Shown in pieces: positions 8,460 to 18,123 of a stretch of 30,848 nt of DNA. The position numbers and the translations under genes are program-made. The DNA comes from an uncultured Candidatus Rokubacteria bacterium (lineage in GTDB: Bacteria > Methylomirabilota > Methylomirabilia > Rokubacteriales > CSP1-6). The stretch is taken from assembly GCA_963789955.1 (NCBI GenBank), contig CAWBMV010000033.1, positions 1-30,848 on the forward strand. The letters are read 5' to 3'. The notes beneath the pieces were generated by a model, which was not told where the DNA came from, made no database searches, and saw nothing but the letters and a program-made list of their open reading frames with translations. Each line of letters opens with the position of its first letter. Position 1 is the first letter of the stretch.

Positions 8460-11400
8460 CGAAATCTGAAGCGCAAGATCACGTCGCCGCCGACGCCGCC
8501 GCTGAAGGCCTGCTCGCCCGCGATGAGGACGGGCCCGAACAGCTGGTATTCGACGCGGAGCTTCTGCTTACCGCCCTCGGAGAAGCTTCCGGAGTACGTC
8601 ACCAGCGTGCGGTCGTTGAGGCGCTTGCCCACACGAAATTCGCTCTGACCTTCCTCGTTCTTTCCGAACTCGAGGACGTCGACGGTCGGGGCGTGGAACT
8701 CGCCACCGAGCAGCTCCTTCGAGATGAGCTGTGCCGCCTCGGTCGCGAACACCGTGCCTCCGCCCGTGCCGCCGAGCTCGGACCTGGTCGAGCCGACGGT
8801 GACCAGCGCCAGCAGATCGTCTTGCGCGAGTGGCGGCTCGGACTGCAGGCGAATCGTGAGATCGTCGGCGCGACCCGTCAGCCACATCGTGACGTCATAG
8901 GTGCGGATTCGCGTGGTCGCGCGCAGGTCGAGGTACGGATTGATCCGTCCGGGGTCGTCGAAGCGCATGACCGCGTTCTCGAGGACGTATCGGTTCCGTC
9001 GGAAGGTGACGCGGCCGTCCTGGGTCTCGAGCGTCCCCAGGACCGCCGGCGCCGCGATCGTGCCGCGCAGCGCGAGCGCGCCGCCGCCGCGGACCTGCGC
9101 CTGCGGCGACCGAATGACCAGGTTGTCGTCGAGGTTGACCTGCACCTGCAGTGCGAATTCACGCCCCCACGCGGCGGGCTCCGCGCGCCCGCCGCTCTTG
9201 AGCAGGAGCGGCAGAATCGAGAGGTCGCGCGTGTAGGTGCCGCGAACGAGGTGCGCCTCACCTCGCACGAGCCCCCGGGCACCGCGGCCCACCAGCGCCA
9301 GCTCGGAATTCCAGACGGTCTCGAGGCCTTCGACCGGGGTCAGCCCCACCCGTTTCGCGCTCAGCTCCACCTGATAGGCGCCGACGGTGCCGCCGTCGAT
9401 CGCGATCTCGCCGGTCACGCTCACGGAGCCCGTCCCGACGCCGGCCTTCAGCTCCTCGATTCGAAGCCGTGAAGGCGACAGTGCCACGCGACCCTCCATG
9501 TCGCGAACCACGAACGGCAGATCTTTGATCGCGATGAGTCCGCCGCTGATGGTGGCGCGCCCCAGCACCGTCGGCTTCGCGAGGGTGCCGCCGAAGCGCA
9601 CGTCGAGATCGAGCTTGCCCGACGCGTCGCGCACTTCCTTGCGCAGGACCGCCAGCAGCGCGAGCGGCACCTGGCCGCGCAATGTGCCGTCGAGCGTGCC
9701 GCCGTCGTCGAGCGAGCCCACGACCGTGGCGGTGCCGAGACGCCCGGCGATCTCGAGCCGCTCGACGGTGAGCTTGCCGGCCTCGCGGCGGACGATGATC
9801 GGCCCCTGCGCCTCCCAGCTCTCGCCCGCCATCTGGAAGCGGACCGGCTCGAGCCGAACCACGCCGCGCGCCGCGCGGGGATCGCGCGCGGGCACGTCGA
9901 GCGTGGCGACGGCCGAGAAGCGGCCGTTCGCATCGCCGAACAGATCCGGGCGCAGCTGGCGCAGGATCGGGCCGATCTCGAAGTCGGTCGCGATGAGGCG
10001 CGTGGCGATCACGCCGTCCACCCGGCCCTGGGCACTCGCCGCGATCCGCGCGTCGGGCAGTACCGCGTCGGCTTTGAGCGCGTTGTCGTTCAGGGCGACG
10101 TCGGCGGTCGCCGGGCCGAGCGCCCACCCGGCCACCGCCAGACGCTCGCCGGCCAGCTTGCCCGAGCCGTTGACGCGACCGTCGCGCACTGTCGCATTGA
10201 CGTTGGCGCGCGCCCGCCCTTCGACGCGGAGCCGCGCCGGCACACCCGGCAGGCGCGCGAGATCGACCAGACCGGTGCTCGCGTCCACCTCGCCCTCGCC
10301 GGCCCATCGCCAGTGGCCGCGCGCCGTCAGCGGCGCGTCGAGCACCATCGCCTTCAGCGCCGGGATCTCGATGCGATCCGGAGTGGCCTCGAACGCCACG
10401 TGCAGGTCGCGCGCCTCCGGAATATCGGGCCAGGTCAAGCTGCTCGACTCGACCTGCCCGGTTGCGCGCCACGCGGTGAGCGTGCCCTTCACCGCCACGG
10501 TCGCTCGAACCGGGCCGCTGCCACGGGCCGCGGGCGGAAGCCACGGCCACGCGTCCTCCAGGCGCAGCTCCTCCGTCTGCGTCTGGAGATCCACGCGAAC
10601 CGCGTCGAGAGGCGGCACGGCGGGCGCCGCGCTCTGCGGCCACGTGGCGTTGCCCGAGGCGACGACGCGGGCGCGGCCGAGACGCACGGCGGCGTTCGCG
10701 AGCTTGAGCGAGCGCTGCGTGAGCTCGAACGGCAGCACGATCTCGTCCGCTCGCAGATCGGCGCGCGCGGGCGAGTGCAGCTCGAGCCGGCCGGTCGCCA
10801 TCGGATCGCGCCAGCGTCCCGTGACGTCCGCGGTCAGCACGCCGTTGCCCGACACCGCGCGCTGCCCCAGGAGCGGCCCGAGCTTCGCGAGGTCCCCGGT
10901 CGCCGTAAGATGCAGGCCCTTCGGCCCGTCCATCGTCGCCTGGCCGAGCGCGTCGACGCGAAGCCCCGCCCAGCTCGCGACGCCATGAGCGAGGGTGAAT
11001 GTCCCGTGCTGGCCGTGCACCTCGGCCTCGACGGCGCCGGGCCCGAGCGACGCCAGACGATCGGGAAGCCGGAGCGCGTGCGCCTTGAGACGGATATCGC
11101 TCTGCGCGTGCACGGGATCGCCGAGATCACCGTGGACGTCGACGTCGGCGTCGAGCCGTCCGGTGACGCCGGATCTGGCTCTGGCGAGCGGCTCGAGCGC
11201 CGCGACCGAGATCCCGCGCCCGCCGAGCACCGCGTGCGCGCGCTCCAGGTGCGCGAGCTCGACGGTCAGCGAGCCGACCACGGCGCCGTCGAACGCGCGC
11301 GCGTCGAGCTTCGTCACCGAGAGCACGCCGTCGGCGAGGGCCACCTGCGCCTTCCCGTTCCGTGCTTTCACGGGCCCCGTCGTGAGCTCGTCGAACGCGA

Positions 11401-12298
11401 CGTCCGCCGCGACGCGCGGGGCCGTCGCCGGGCCGTCGATCTTTCCGTCGACGTGGATCACGCCGGCCAGCGGCATGGTGGTGCCGATCCGCCGCCCGAT
11501 GCTCGCCACGTCGACGTCGCCGCGCGCCCGCAGCTCGAGCCGGGGCTTATCGAAGGGGCCATCGATGCGGCCGGCAATGATGGTGCGTGCCTTTTCCCAT
11601 ATTCCGGCGACGCGGCGGATCTCGAGACGCATCGGCAGAATGCGGACGTCGGCGTCGACCTGCTCGATCCGGTCGTGAACCCGGTCGACGTCGAGCATGA
11701 GCTGCTGCGCGGCCAAGGTCGCGCTCATCGCGTCGCGCCCGGGCCTCAGGCTCGCCGTGATGTCCTGCAGCTTGATGCGCAGCGCGCTCGCCGGATCGTC
11801 GTAGACGATCTGCCCGCGGCGAAGCTCGATCATCCCGAGATCGACTTCGACGGGCCCGGCCTGGACGACTTCCGGAATCATCGGGATCTCGCGCAGCGGG
11901 GGGCCGCCGCCGGCGCGGATCGAGAGGTCGAGATCGCTCAGCTGGATCGATCGGAGTGTTAGTCGCCGCCGCCACAGGCTGCTGATGGCAAAGTTGACGT
12001 CGAGACGGCCGAGCTTGAAGAAATGGGGGCCGGGCTCGCCCGGCAGCGAGGCAGCGGTCACGTCGCCGATGACCACGCGACCAAACCACGGCTCGACGGA
12101 GATCCGCCCGACGTGGGTCGGCCGGCCGAGCGCCGACGTCAACGCCGTGTCGAGACGCTCGCGCGCGAACTCAGGGCCCCAGGCGCGAACGGCGAAATAA
12201 GTTCCGACGGCGACGAGAAGCACCAGGAGCATCAGGGCGCCCGCGGAGTACCCGAGATAGCGCCAGAGCCGAGCACGCCTCGGGAAGCTCTCGCTCAT
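8456..12298 (-). CDS. tamB: Translocation and assembly module TamB / AsmA-like protein
   Basis: 1280 aa; N-terminal TM anchor; beta-rich repeats; C-terminal DUF490-like region (LQSEPPLAQDDLLALVTVG, RVGKRL, LRVEYQL, RFRFR); adjacent to Omp85. Confidence 0.88.
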   Translation of the reverse strand: MSESFPRRARLWRYLGYSAGALMLLVLLVAVGTYFAVRAWGPEFARERLDTALTSALGRPTHVGRISVEPWFGRVVIGDVTAASLPGEPGPHFFKLGRLDVNFAISSLWRRRLTLRSIQLSDLDLSIRAGGGPPLREIPMIPEVVQAGPVEVDLGMIELRRGQIVYDDPASALRIKLQDITASLRPGRDAMSATLAAQQLMLDVDRVHDRIEQVDADVRILPMRLEIRRVAGIWEKARTIIAGRIDGPFDKPRLELRARGDVDVASIGRRIGTTMPLAGVIHVDGKIDGPATAPRVAADVAFDELTTGPVKARNGKAQVALADGVLSVTKLDARAFDGAVVGSLTVELAHLERAHAVLGGRGISVAALEPLARARSGVTGRLDADVDVHGDLGDPVHAQSDIRLKAHALRLPDRLASLGPGAVEAEVHGQHGTFTLAHGVASWAGLRVDALGQATMDGPKGLHLTATGDLAKLGPLLGQRAVSGNGVLTADVTGRWRDPMATGRLELHSPARADLRADEIVLPFELTQRSLKLANAAVRLGRARVVASGNATWPQSAAPAVPPLDAVRVDLQTQTEELRLEDAWPWLPPAARGSGPVRATVAVKGTLTAWRATGQVESSSLTWPDIPEARDLHVAFEATPDRIEIPALKAMVLDAPLTARGHWRWAGEGEVDASTGLVDLARLPGVPARLRVEGRARANVNATVRDGRVNGSGKLAGERLAVAGWALGPATADVALNDNALKADAVLPDARIAASAQGRVDGVIATRLIATDFEIGPILRQLRPDLFGDANGRFSAVATLDVPARDPRAARGVVRLEPVRFQMAGESWEAQGPIIVRREAGKLTVERLEIAGRLGTATVVGSLDDGGTLDGTLRGQVPLALLAVLRKEVRDASGKLDLDVRFGGTLAKPTVLGRATISGGLIAIKDLPFVVRDMEGRVALSPSRLRIEELKAGVGTGSVSVTGEIAIDGGTVGAYQVELSAKRVGLTPVEGLETVWNSELALVGRGARGLVRGEAHLVRGTYTRDLSILPLLLKSGGRAEPAAWGREFALQVQVNLDDNLVIRSPQAQVRGGGALALRGTIAAPAVLGTLETQDGRVTFRRNRYVLENAVMRFDDPGRINPYLDLRATTRIRTYDVTMWLTGRADDLTIRLQSEPPLAQDDLLALVTVGSTRSELGGTGGGTVFATEAAQLISKELLGGEFHAPTVDVLEFGKNEEGQSEFRVGKRLNDRTLVTYSGSFSEGGKQKLRVEYQLFGPVLIAGEQAFSGGVGGDVILRFRFR

Positions 12299-12307
12299 GG
12301 CGGGCCT

Positions 12308-12316
12308 AGCATACCA
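12308..12316 (-). promoter_or_regulatory. Extended -10 element (TGGTATGCT) 9 nt before the tamB ATG; probable leaderless or short-leader promoter
   Basis: TGn + TATGCT on the minus strand; no Shine-Dalgarno sequence before ATG 12298. Confidence 0.5.
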
Positions 12317-12397
12317 GCGCGGCCGACCGCCAGACCGCGAGGCGGCCGGCCGCTATGCGCGGGCGTGTCGCCCGCGATGCGCCGAGCGTGCGCGCGG

Positions 12398-13258
12398 CTA
12401 TTCAGGTAGCGCGTGCAGCGCGTACATCGCGATCAGGAGGTTGCCGGGCTCGCCGAGCTTGCCGAACCACCGGGCGTAAATCTGCGAGACCTCGCGCGAT
12501 CGGTAGAGGCCGGAAAGTACGCGGTTGACGGCCAGCCGGAACGGCGAATCTCCTCGCCGCAGCATGAAGCCGTACGGCTCGTAGGACAGGTACTGCTCGC
12601 CGATGGCGAATTGCCCCTCCTTCGCCGTTATCACGAGGCCGATCAGGATGACCCGGTCCGAGGCGTAGGCGTCGGCGCTGCCGCTTTCCACCGCGGCGAG
12701 CCCTTCACGATGGTCCTTCACCGGAACGATCTGCGCCGTCACGAAGGCCTTCTGGAGCGCCGCGCGCACCGCCGGCTCGGTCGTCGTCCCCGGGATCACC
12801 GCGATCTTCTTGCCACCGAGGTCCTGCATCGCGGCCACCTTGTCGGCCTTGATGAGAAGGCTGCTGCCGTCGACGAAGATCATGTGGCTGAAGTCGACCT
12901 GCTCCTGGCGCGAGAGCGAATTCGTCGTCGAGCCACACTCCAGATCGACCGTGCCGTTGACGACCGATTGAATGCGCGTCTCGGGCGTGACCGCGACCCA
13001 CTTTACGTCGAGCTTCGACAGCTTGAGCTGCTGCTGGACACCCGTCGCGATCCGCTGGCACAGCTCGACCGAGTAGCCGGCGGGCTTGCCGTCGGGGCCG
13101 CGGAAGGAGAACGGGACCGACTGCTCGCGGTATCCGATCGTGATCGTTCCGCTGTCCTTGATCTTCTTCAAGGTTCCCGTGAGCTCTTGCGCCGGCGCGA
13201 CGCCGGGCAGCAACAGCGCGAGCGCGGCCGCGGCGAAGAACCGAGCCGGCGCGCTCAC
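12398..13258 (-). CDS. Amino acid ABC transporter substrate-binding protein, GltI-like (glutamate/aspartate, SBP family 3)
   Basis: TLKKIKDSGTITIGYREQSVPFSF, VDLECGSTTN, LSYEPYGFMLRRGD; signal peptide; GTGA overlap with the upstream gene. Confidence 0.88.
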   Translation of the reverse strand: MSAPARFFAAAALALLLPGVAPAQELTGTLKKIKDSGTITIGYREQSVPFSFRGPDGKPAGYSVELCQRIATGVQQQLKLSKLDVKWVAVTPETRIQSVVNGTVDLECGSTTNSLSRQEQVDFSHMIFVDGSSLLIKADKVAAMQDLGGKKIAVIPGTTTEPAVRAALQKAFVTAQIVPVKDHREGLAAVESGSADAYASDRVILIGLVITAKEGQFAIGEQYLSYEPYGFMLRRGDSPFRLAVNRVLSGLYRSREVSQIYARWFGKLGEPGNLLIAMYALHALPE

Positions 13259-13839
13259 AGGCCGGCCCGGTCGAGCGTGACCGCCAGCGCCTGGGTGTAA
13301 GTCAATTCGGCCACGTCACCGGCCTCGACTCCCGTGAGGTTCGTCGCGTCTTTCACCTTGATGGTCTCCATATTGCCGCGAGGGCCTTTGATGGTCACCG
13401 TCTGCGCCTTTCGGTCTACCGCGGTGATCGTGGTGGTCACGACGACCTCACGGCCGACGGCGCCCGCGGGCGTCTCGTCGGGCTTCGACGTCATCCGAGC
13501 CTCCGTGATGCTCACCCCGGCGGTCGCGCCGGGGACCTTCTTGACCTTGAGGGCAAGCGCCTCGATGAACGCGGCGACGACCGGATCGCCGACCGCGACT
13601 GTGTCGAGCTTATTCGGGTCCTTCACGTCGAGCGTCACCGTGCCCCCTCGGGGTCCCTTCAACGTCACGGTGCGGTTGGTCTTGTCGACGGCGTCGATCC
13701 ATCCGCGCACCGTCACCATGCCGGCCTCGCCCACGACTCCGACGGCCGGCCCCTCCTCGGCGCTCGGCGTCTGGGTGGACGTGCAGGCCTGCGCCGTCAC
13801 CAGTGCGGCCACGGCGAGCACCGCGATCAAGGTCTTCAT
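13255..13839 (-). CDS. Putative lipoprotein with two tandem ~70-aa beta-rich (OB-fold-like) repeats
   Basis: GGAGG RBS before ATG 13839; signal peptide ending AQAC; two copies of AVDxxxxTVT(L/I)KGPRG...VKD...GD; paralog of 27020-27646. Confidence 0.8.
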   Translation of the reverse strand: MKTLIAVLAVAALVTAQACTSTQTPSAEEGPAVGVVGEAGMVTVRGWIDAVDKTNRTVTLKGPRGGTVTLDVKDPNKLDTVAVGDPVVAAFIEALALKVKKVPGATAGVSITEARMTSKPDETPAGAVGREVVVTTTITAVDRKAQTVTIKGPRGNMETIKVKDATNLTGVEAGDVAELTYTQALAVTLDRAGL

Positions 13840-13869
13840 CGAGTGTCCTCCGAGTACGGGTGCCATCGG

Positions 13870-14901
13870 TCAGAACGACCAGCCAACGCCGAAGAGATAG
13901 CGTACATCTTCCTTCTTCGCGCCGGGTGCCGGAGTCGAGTCGTAGCGGAGCTCGATCTTGGCCTCGGCGAAGAGGCCCTCGTAGATCGTCGCCCGCACGC
14001 CGACGTCCGCGTTCAGGTTGTAGTCGCCGAACCAGTCAGTGATGTTCGGCAGCCACTCGACGTTGTGGAAGAGCTTGACGGTCTTGTACGGCGTCCAGTC
14101 GACGTGGTACGCGAGCCGCGCGGCGACGTGGTCCTCGGTGCCGTCGTTCTTGAATTTCTCGTACACCCAGGCCAGACCGGCCTCCGTGTTCAGGTTGAAG
14201 GTCGGCGTCTCGAACCACTGATAGCCCACACCTCCGCCGGTCGTCAGGCGCAGATCGAGTTCGGCGATCTGGTCCTGCTCGACACGAGTGGCGCCGTACA
14301 GGTAGAAATGCTTGGTGAGGAAGTAGTCGTATTTTCCGAGGACGAACCAGTTGTCGATGGTCGTCTCGCTCTTGTCGGTGTCCTTGTCCTTCTGCCGTCC
14401 GTAGTAATACGCGCCGCCCAGAGTGATCCGGTCGATCTCGCTTCGCCGCACAGCGTTCACACTCAGGCCGAAGTTCTCGGTCTCGGAGTTGCCGGTGGTG
14501 ATCAACGCGTTGCCTACCACCGACCCGGTCCATTTGACCGGCGGGTTGATCTTCGTCACGTCTTTGAGCGCGATCACCTGTGGACTCCCGCCGGCGACGG
14601 GCACGACCTGCACGGTGCCGTCGGCTCCGCCGGTGACCTTCGAGCTCAGCGTGGTGTCGCCGGTCTTGATCACGATGGGCTCGTCAGTCGAGAAGGTCTT
14701 CACCTTCGCCAGATCCACGGTGACCTCACCGGCGGTCTCGCTCTTGATCGTGAGCTTGCCGCCGTCGGCGCTGACGATCTTGCCGCTGAGCCTGTCGCCG
14801 TTGAGGAACAGAATCTCGTCGGCCGCGGCCCGACCGGCCACGACCAGTGATAGCGTGAGCGCGAGCGCCCACGCGAGCATCTGCAGCGATCGAACGGTCA
14901 T
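13870..14901 (-). CDS. DUF481 / YdiY-family outer-membrane beta-barrel protein
   Basis: GGAGG RBS; signal peptide; DEILFLNGDRLSGKI N-terminal domain; TGNSET and GGGVGYQW; terminal GVGWSF. Confidence 0.85.
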   Translation of the reverse strand: MTVRSLQMLAWALALTLSLVVAGRAAADEILFLNGDRLSGKIVSADGGKLTIKSETAGEVTVDLAKVKTFSTDEPIVIKTGDTTLSSKVTGGADGTVQVVPVAGGSPQVIALKDVTKINPPVKWTGSVVGNALITTGNSETENFGLSVNAVRRSEIDRITLGGAYYYGRQKDKDTDKSETTIDNWFVLGKYDYFLTKHFYLYGATRVEQDQIAELDLRLTTGGGVGYQWFETPTFNLNTEAGLAWVYEKFKNDGTEDHVAARLAYHVDWTPYKTVKLFHNVEWLPNITDWFGDYNLNADVGVRATIYEGLFAEAKIELRYDSTPAPGAKKEDVRYLFGVGWSF

Positions 14902-14995
14902 GTGGGCACCTCCCGGGCGCGCGCGGGACAATAGGCAGACTGAGCCGGCTCGTCAATTCGGACCAATGACCTAAGCCCGATTCGGAGACGGGAGG

Positions 14996-15013
14996 CCTGG
15001 ACGAAGGTCCAGT
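14996..15013. promoter_or_regulatory. Palindromic operator box, copy 2 (CCTGGACGAAGGTCCAGT), with a degenerate second site at 14957-14974
   Basis: GAC-NWWG-GTC core about 95 bp upstream of the DUF481 gene. Confidence 0.7.
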
Positions 15014-15029
15014 TGATCGGCCGGCGGCG

Positions 15030-17385
15030 TCAGCGGGGGGAACGTGCGCGGAGTTGCGCGACGAGCCGTTGCGCCTCGGGGTCGTCGGGGTACTGCGCGG
15101 CCATGCGCTCGGCGTAGCGAAGCGCCTGCTCGCTCGCGCCCTGGTCGCGGTTGAACGTGACCAGCGCCACCAGCACGTCGCGGTCGTTCGGGCGCCGCTG
15201 GAGCGCCTTCTCCAGCACGGCGATGGCCTCCCGTGCCTTACCGGTCGAGTACAGACTGACGGCGTAGGTATACACGAAGCGCACGTTGTCGGGCGCGCGC
15301 GCGGCCGCACGCTCGATGTGCGTCAATGCTTCGGCCGTTCGCTGCGCCCGCACGAGGGCCAACCCCAACGCGTAGTGCAGCGACGCGTCGTCCGGCACGG
15401 CCGTCAATCCTTCCGCGAGCACACGGCGGACGTCGGGCTCGCGCTGCTCCGCGCGATAGATGTCGGCCAGATTCACGTACGCGGGCACGAACGTAGGATC
15501 CAGCGCGAGCGCCGCGCGCATCTCTGTCTCCGCCGCGGCCACCCGGCCGCGCGCGGCGAAGTAGGTGCCGAGGTTGGTCCGCGACTCCGGTCGGTCGTCG
15601 TTCGTGCGCTGCACCGCGACGAACTCGGCGGCGGCTCGCTCGTAGGCGGCACGAGACGCCTGGTCGAGTGTCTCGGGCCGGACCGGGGCCAGCACGCGTG
15701 CCGCTTCGATCCGGACGAGTCGCGCCGGGTCACCTCAGGCGCGGCGTGGCCAGCGTGCTTCGCTGGTCGGGCGGCAGCGATTCGACAGCCGTCACGGCGG
15801 CACGACGCACCAGGGGATCCGCGTCGCCCAGAGCCTGCTTCACCGCGTCTACGCCCGAAGGCGCTCGCCCGAGGTCGCGCGCCATCTGCACCAGCGCCGA
15901 CGCGCGGACGATCGCGGGTTGAAGCGGGTCGCGGGAAATCGTCGCCAGTTGCCGGGCCGCGGCGTCCGCACCCGTCTCCGCTGCGCGGAACGCCTCGGCG
16001 AATCGCTGATAGCCGACCGCGTTGTGGCCGTACCAGGTCTGCATCCTGGCGACCGCCCAGTCGGGCTTGCGATCGGCGTGGCAGCGCGTGCACGCGTTCG
16101 GCACGCCGAGCGCGGCCGACTGGTCCGGCCGCGGCACCCGCAAGCTGTGGTCGTGGCGCGGATCGATGAGCATGTAGCGCGTCACCGGCATGTGGCAGCC
16201 GGCGCACTCGGCGCCCGGGCCGCCGACAGGGTGAAAGTGATGCGTCGCCGCGTCGTACTTCGCCGGCGCGTGGCACTGAGCGCAGACCTGATTGCCGGGC
16301 GCGCGGAGCGTCTGGCTGTGCGGCTCGTGACAGTCGCTACACGTGATCCCGGCGGCGTGCATCCGGCTCTCGAGGAAGGAACCCCACGTGTAGACCTCGT
16401 CGCGTTGCTGCCCGTCGGACCAGTAGAGCGGTGGCGTGAGCAAGGCCGGCAGGTAGTGATCGAGAAACGGCCGACCCGCGACGTAGTCGGACGAGATCTG
16501 GCTCCGCCGCGCGTGGCACTGCGCGCACACCCCCAGCTCGACCGCGGTGGCGCGCGGCGTACTCCGCTTGGCGTTGCCCGAGCTCGGGTCGATCACCCAC
16601 TGAACGCCGCGTCGTTCGCGCAGCACCGCCGCCAGTCCCTTGCGGTCGCTCGTGTCGTATGTCTGGCCGGGTCGTGCCGCGTCGGCCCAGGCCAGGTGGC
16701 GAGAGCCCGGACCGTGGCACGCCTCGCACGCCACGTTGATCTCGGACCACGTGGTGGCATAGCGATCGGCCGCGGCGTCGTAGTTCTTGCGGACGTTCGT
16801 CGAGTGGCAGTCCGCGCACATGTAGTTCCAGTTCTGCTGCCGGCGGGTCCAGTGGAGCTCGTCGCGAAAGTCGATCTTCTCGTTCGGATAGAGATGAAAC
16901 CAGCGCTGGCCGCCGGACTCACGCGGACGCGCATCCCACGCGATGGAGAGCGCCTGGAGGCGGCCTCCCGGCAGCTCGATCAGATATTGCTGCAGCGGCC
17001 GCACGCCGAACGTGTACTTGATCTCGAAGTCGGCCGGCTTGCCGTCCGGCCCATCCGTCCGGACCATGTATCGGCCGTCGCGCCGGGAGAAGATCGAGGT
17101 GACGGCGCTGTACGCGAACCGGCGGTCGGCGAAGTCGCCGAGCACGGTCGCCTCGCTTGCGACCTGCATCGCGCGCGCGTGATCCGAGCTCATCCACGCC
17201 GCATGCTCCTTCGCGTGGCAGCGGGCGCACGCCTGAGCACCGACGTAGGTTGCGGCGGGCTCGTCACGGCTGGTTCGTGACGAGCCAATCAGGCCGAGAG
17301 ACCAGGTTCCGAAGTAGTGCCAGCCAAGCAGGGCGCCGGCCGCGAGGAGGACCACGCCGGCGGCAACGACTACGGGTGTTCGCAT
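15030..17385 (-). pseudogene. Octaheme cytochrome c - HEAT - TPR protein, split by a +1 frameshift near 15733 (pseudogene or sequencing error)
   Basis: Eight CxxCH motifs (CARCH, CADCH, CEACH, CAQCH, CSDCH, CAQCH, CAGCH, CTRCH); HEAT repeat DADPLVRRAAV; removing one base joins PRL to xDPARLVRIEAARVLAPV and the TPR ORF 15030-15695. Confidence 0.85.
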
Positions 17386-17493
17386 GCGGTTCGAATTGTC
17401 GCGCACGAGGCCGGGCTCAGTCCGCCCGAACTGTACGGTCGCGACGGCGCCGAAGCAAGCGCCCGACATCGAGAAGCCGAATTAACCGTTGTG

Positions 17494-17511
17494 CTGCGAC
17501 GAAGGTCTCAG
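17494..17511. promoter_or_regulatory. Palindromic operator box, copy 3 (CTGCGACGAAGGTCTCAG)
   Basis: Lies between the divergent octaheme and lipoprotein genes. Confidence 0.6.
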
Positions 17512-17562
17512 TAGGACGCCGGACTTCCGACCTGTTACATGGGGCGGGAGGAGGACGGAAGG

Positions 17563-17934
17563 ATGAGGTACAGCTTCGTGTTCTTGGTGCTGTGCGGAGC
17601 TCTGGCCGCTGGTTGCGGGGCCGTGCAGCAGATGGCCGCGGCCATTGCGCCGATGGCCAACGTTTCCGGCGTGTGGACGGGAAGCGCCCGGACCGGAGGA
17701 ACGTTCATGCCCGTCACGATGACGCTGACGCAGAACGGGACAACCGTGACCGGCGACATGAGCGTGGGGGGCCGGTCGGAGATGACCGGGGGTGTCACCG
17801 GGTCGATCCAAGGCGAGCTGCTAACCCTGTCGCTGGAGCGCGTGACGTTCGGTGAGCTCACGGTCAAACAAGACACGATGACCGGCCAGGTCTCCGCCGG
17901 CGGCCTACAAGTCAGCCTCCGCCGCTCGAAGTAG
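17563..17934 (+). CDS. Small hypothetical lipoprotein (beta-rich)
   Basis: GGAGGAGG RBS; MRYSFVFLVLCGALAAGC lipobox; NVSGVWTG motif. Confidence 0.8.
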   Translation: MRYSFVFLVLCGALAAGCGAVQQMAAAIAPMANVSGVWTGSARTGGTFMPVTMTLTQNGTTVTGDMSVGGRSEMTGGVTGSIQGELLTLSLERVTFGELTVKQDTMTGQVSAGGLQVSLRRSK

Positions 17935-18123
17935 AGCGGCCGCACGCCTTCGCCGGCCGGGTGCCTCGGAGCCCGGCCCCGACCGAGTCAGTCCCCGCAG
18001 CGCAGCAGGCCGAGGTCGTGTACCATACGGGCTCCGGATCGATCCGGCTCCGGTCGAACGCGACGAGCCTCGTCGGGGTCGACGGGCCACAACGGCGTGA
18101 CCCGTGGTCGGCAGAGGAGCGAT

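Noticed and set aside
5658..11962. Long antisense ORFs (580, 533 and 549 aa) opposite bamA and tamB, and similar shadow ORFs across the window
   Set aside because: Expected in 70% GC DNA with strong codon bias; no recognisable motifs; fully overlap well-supported genes.
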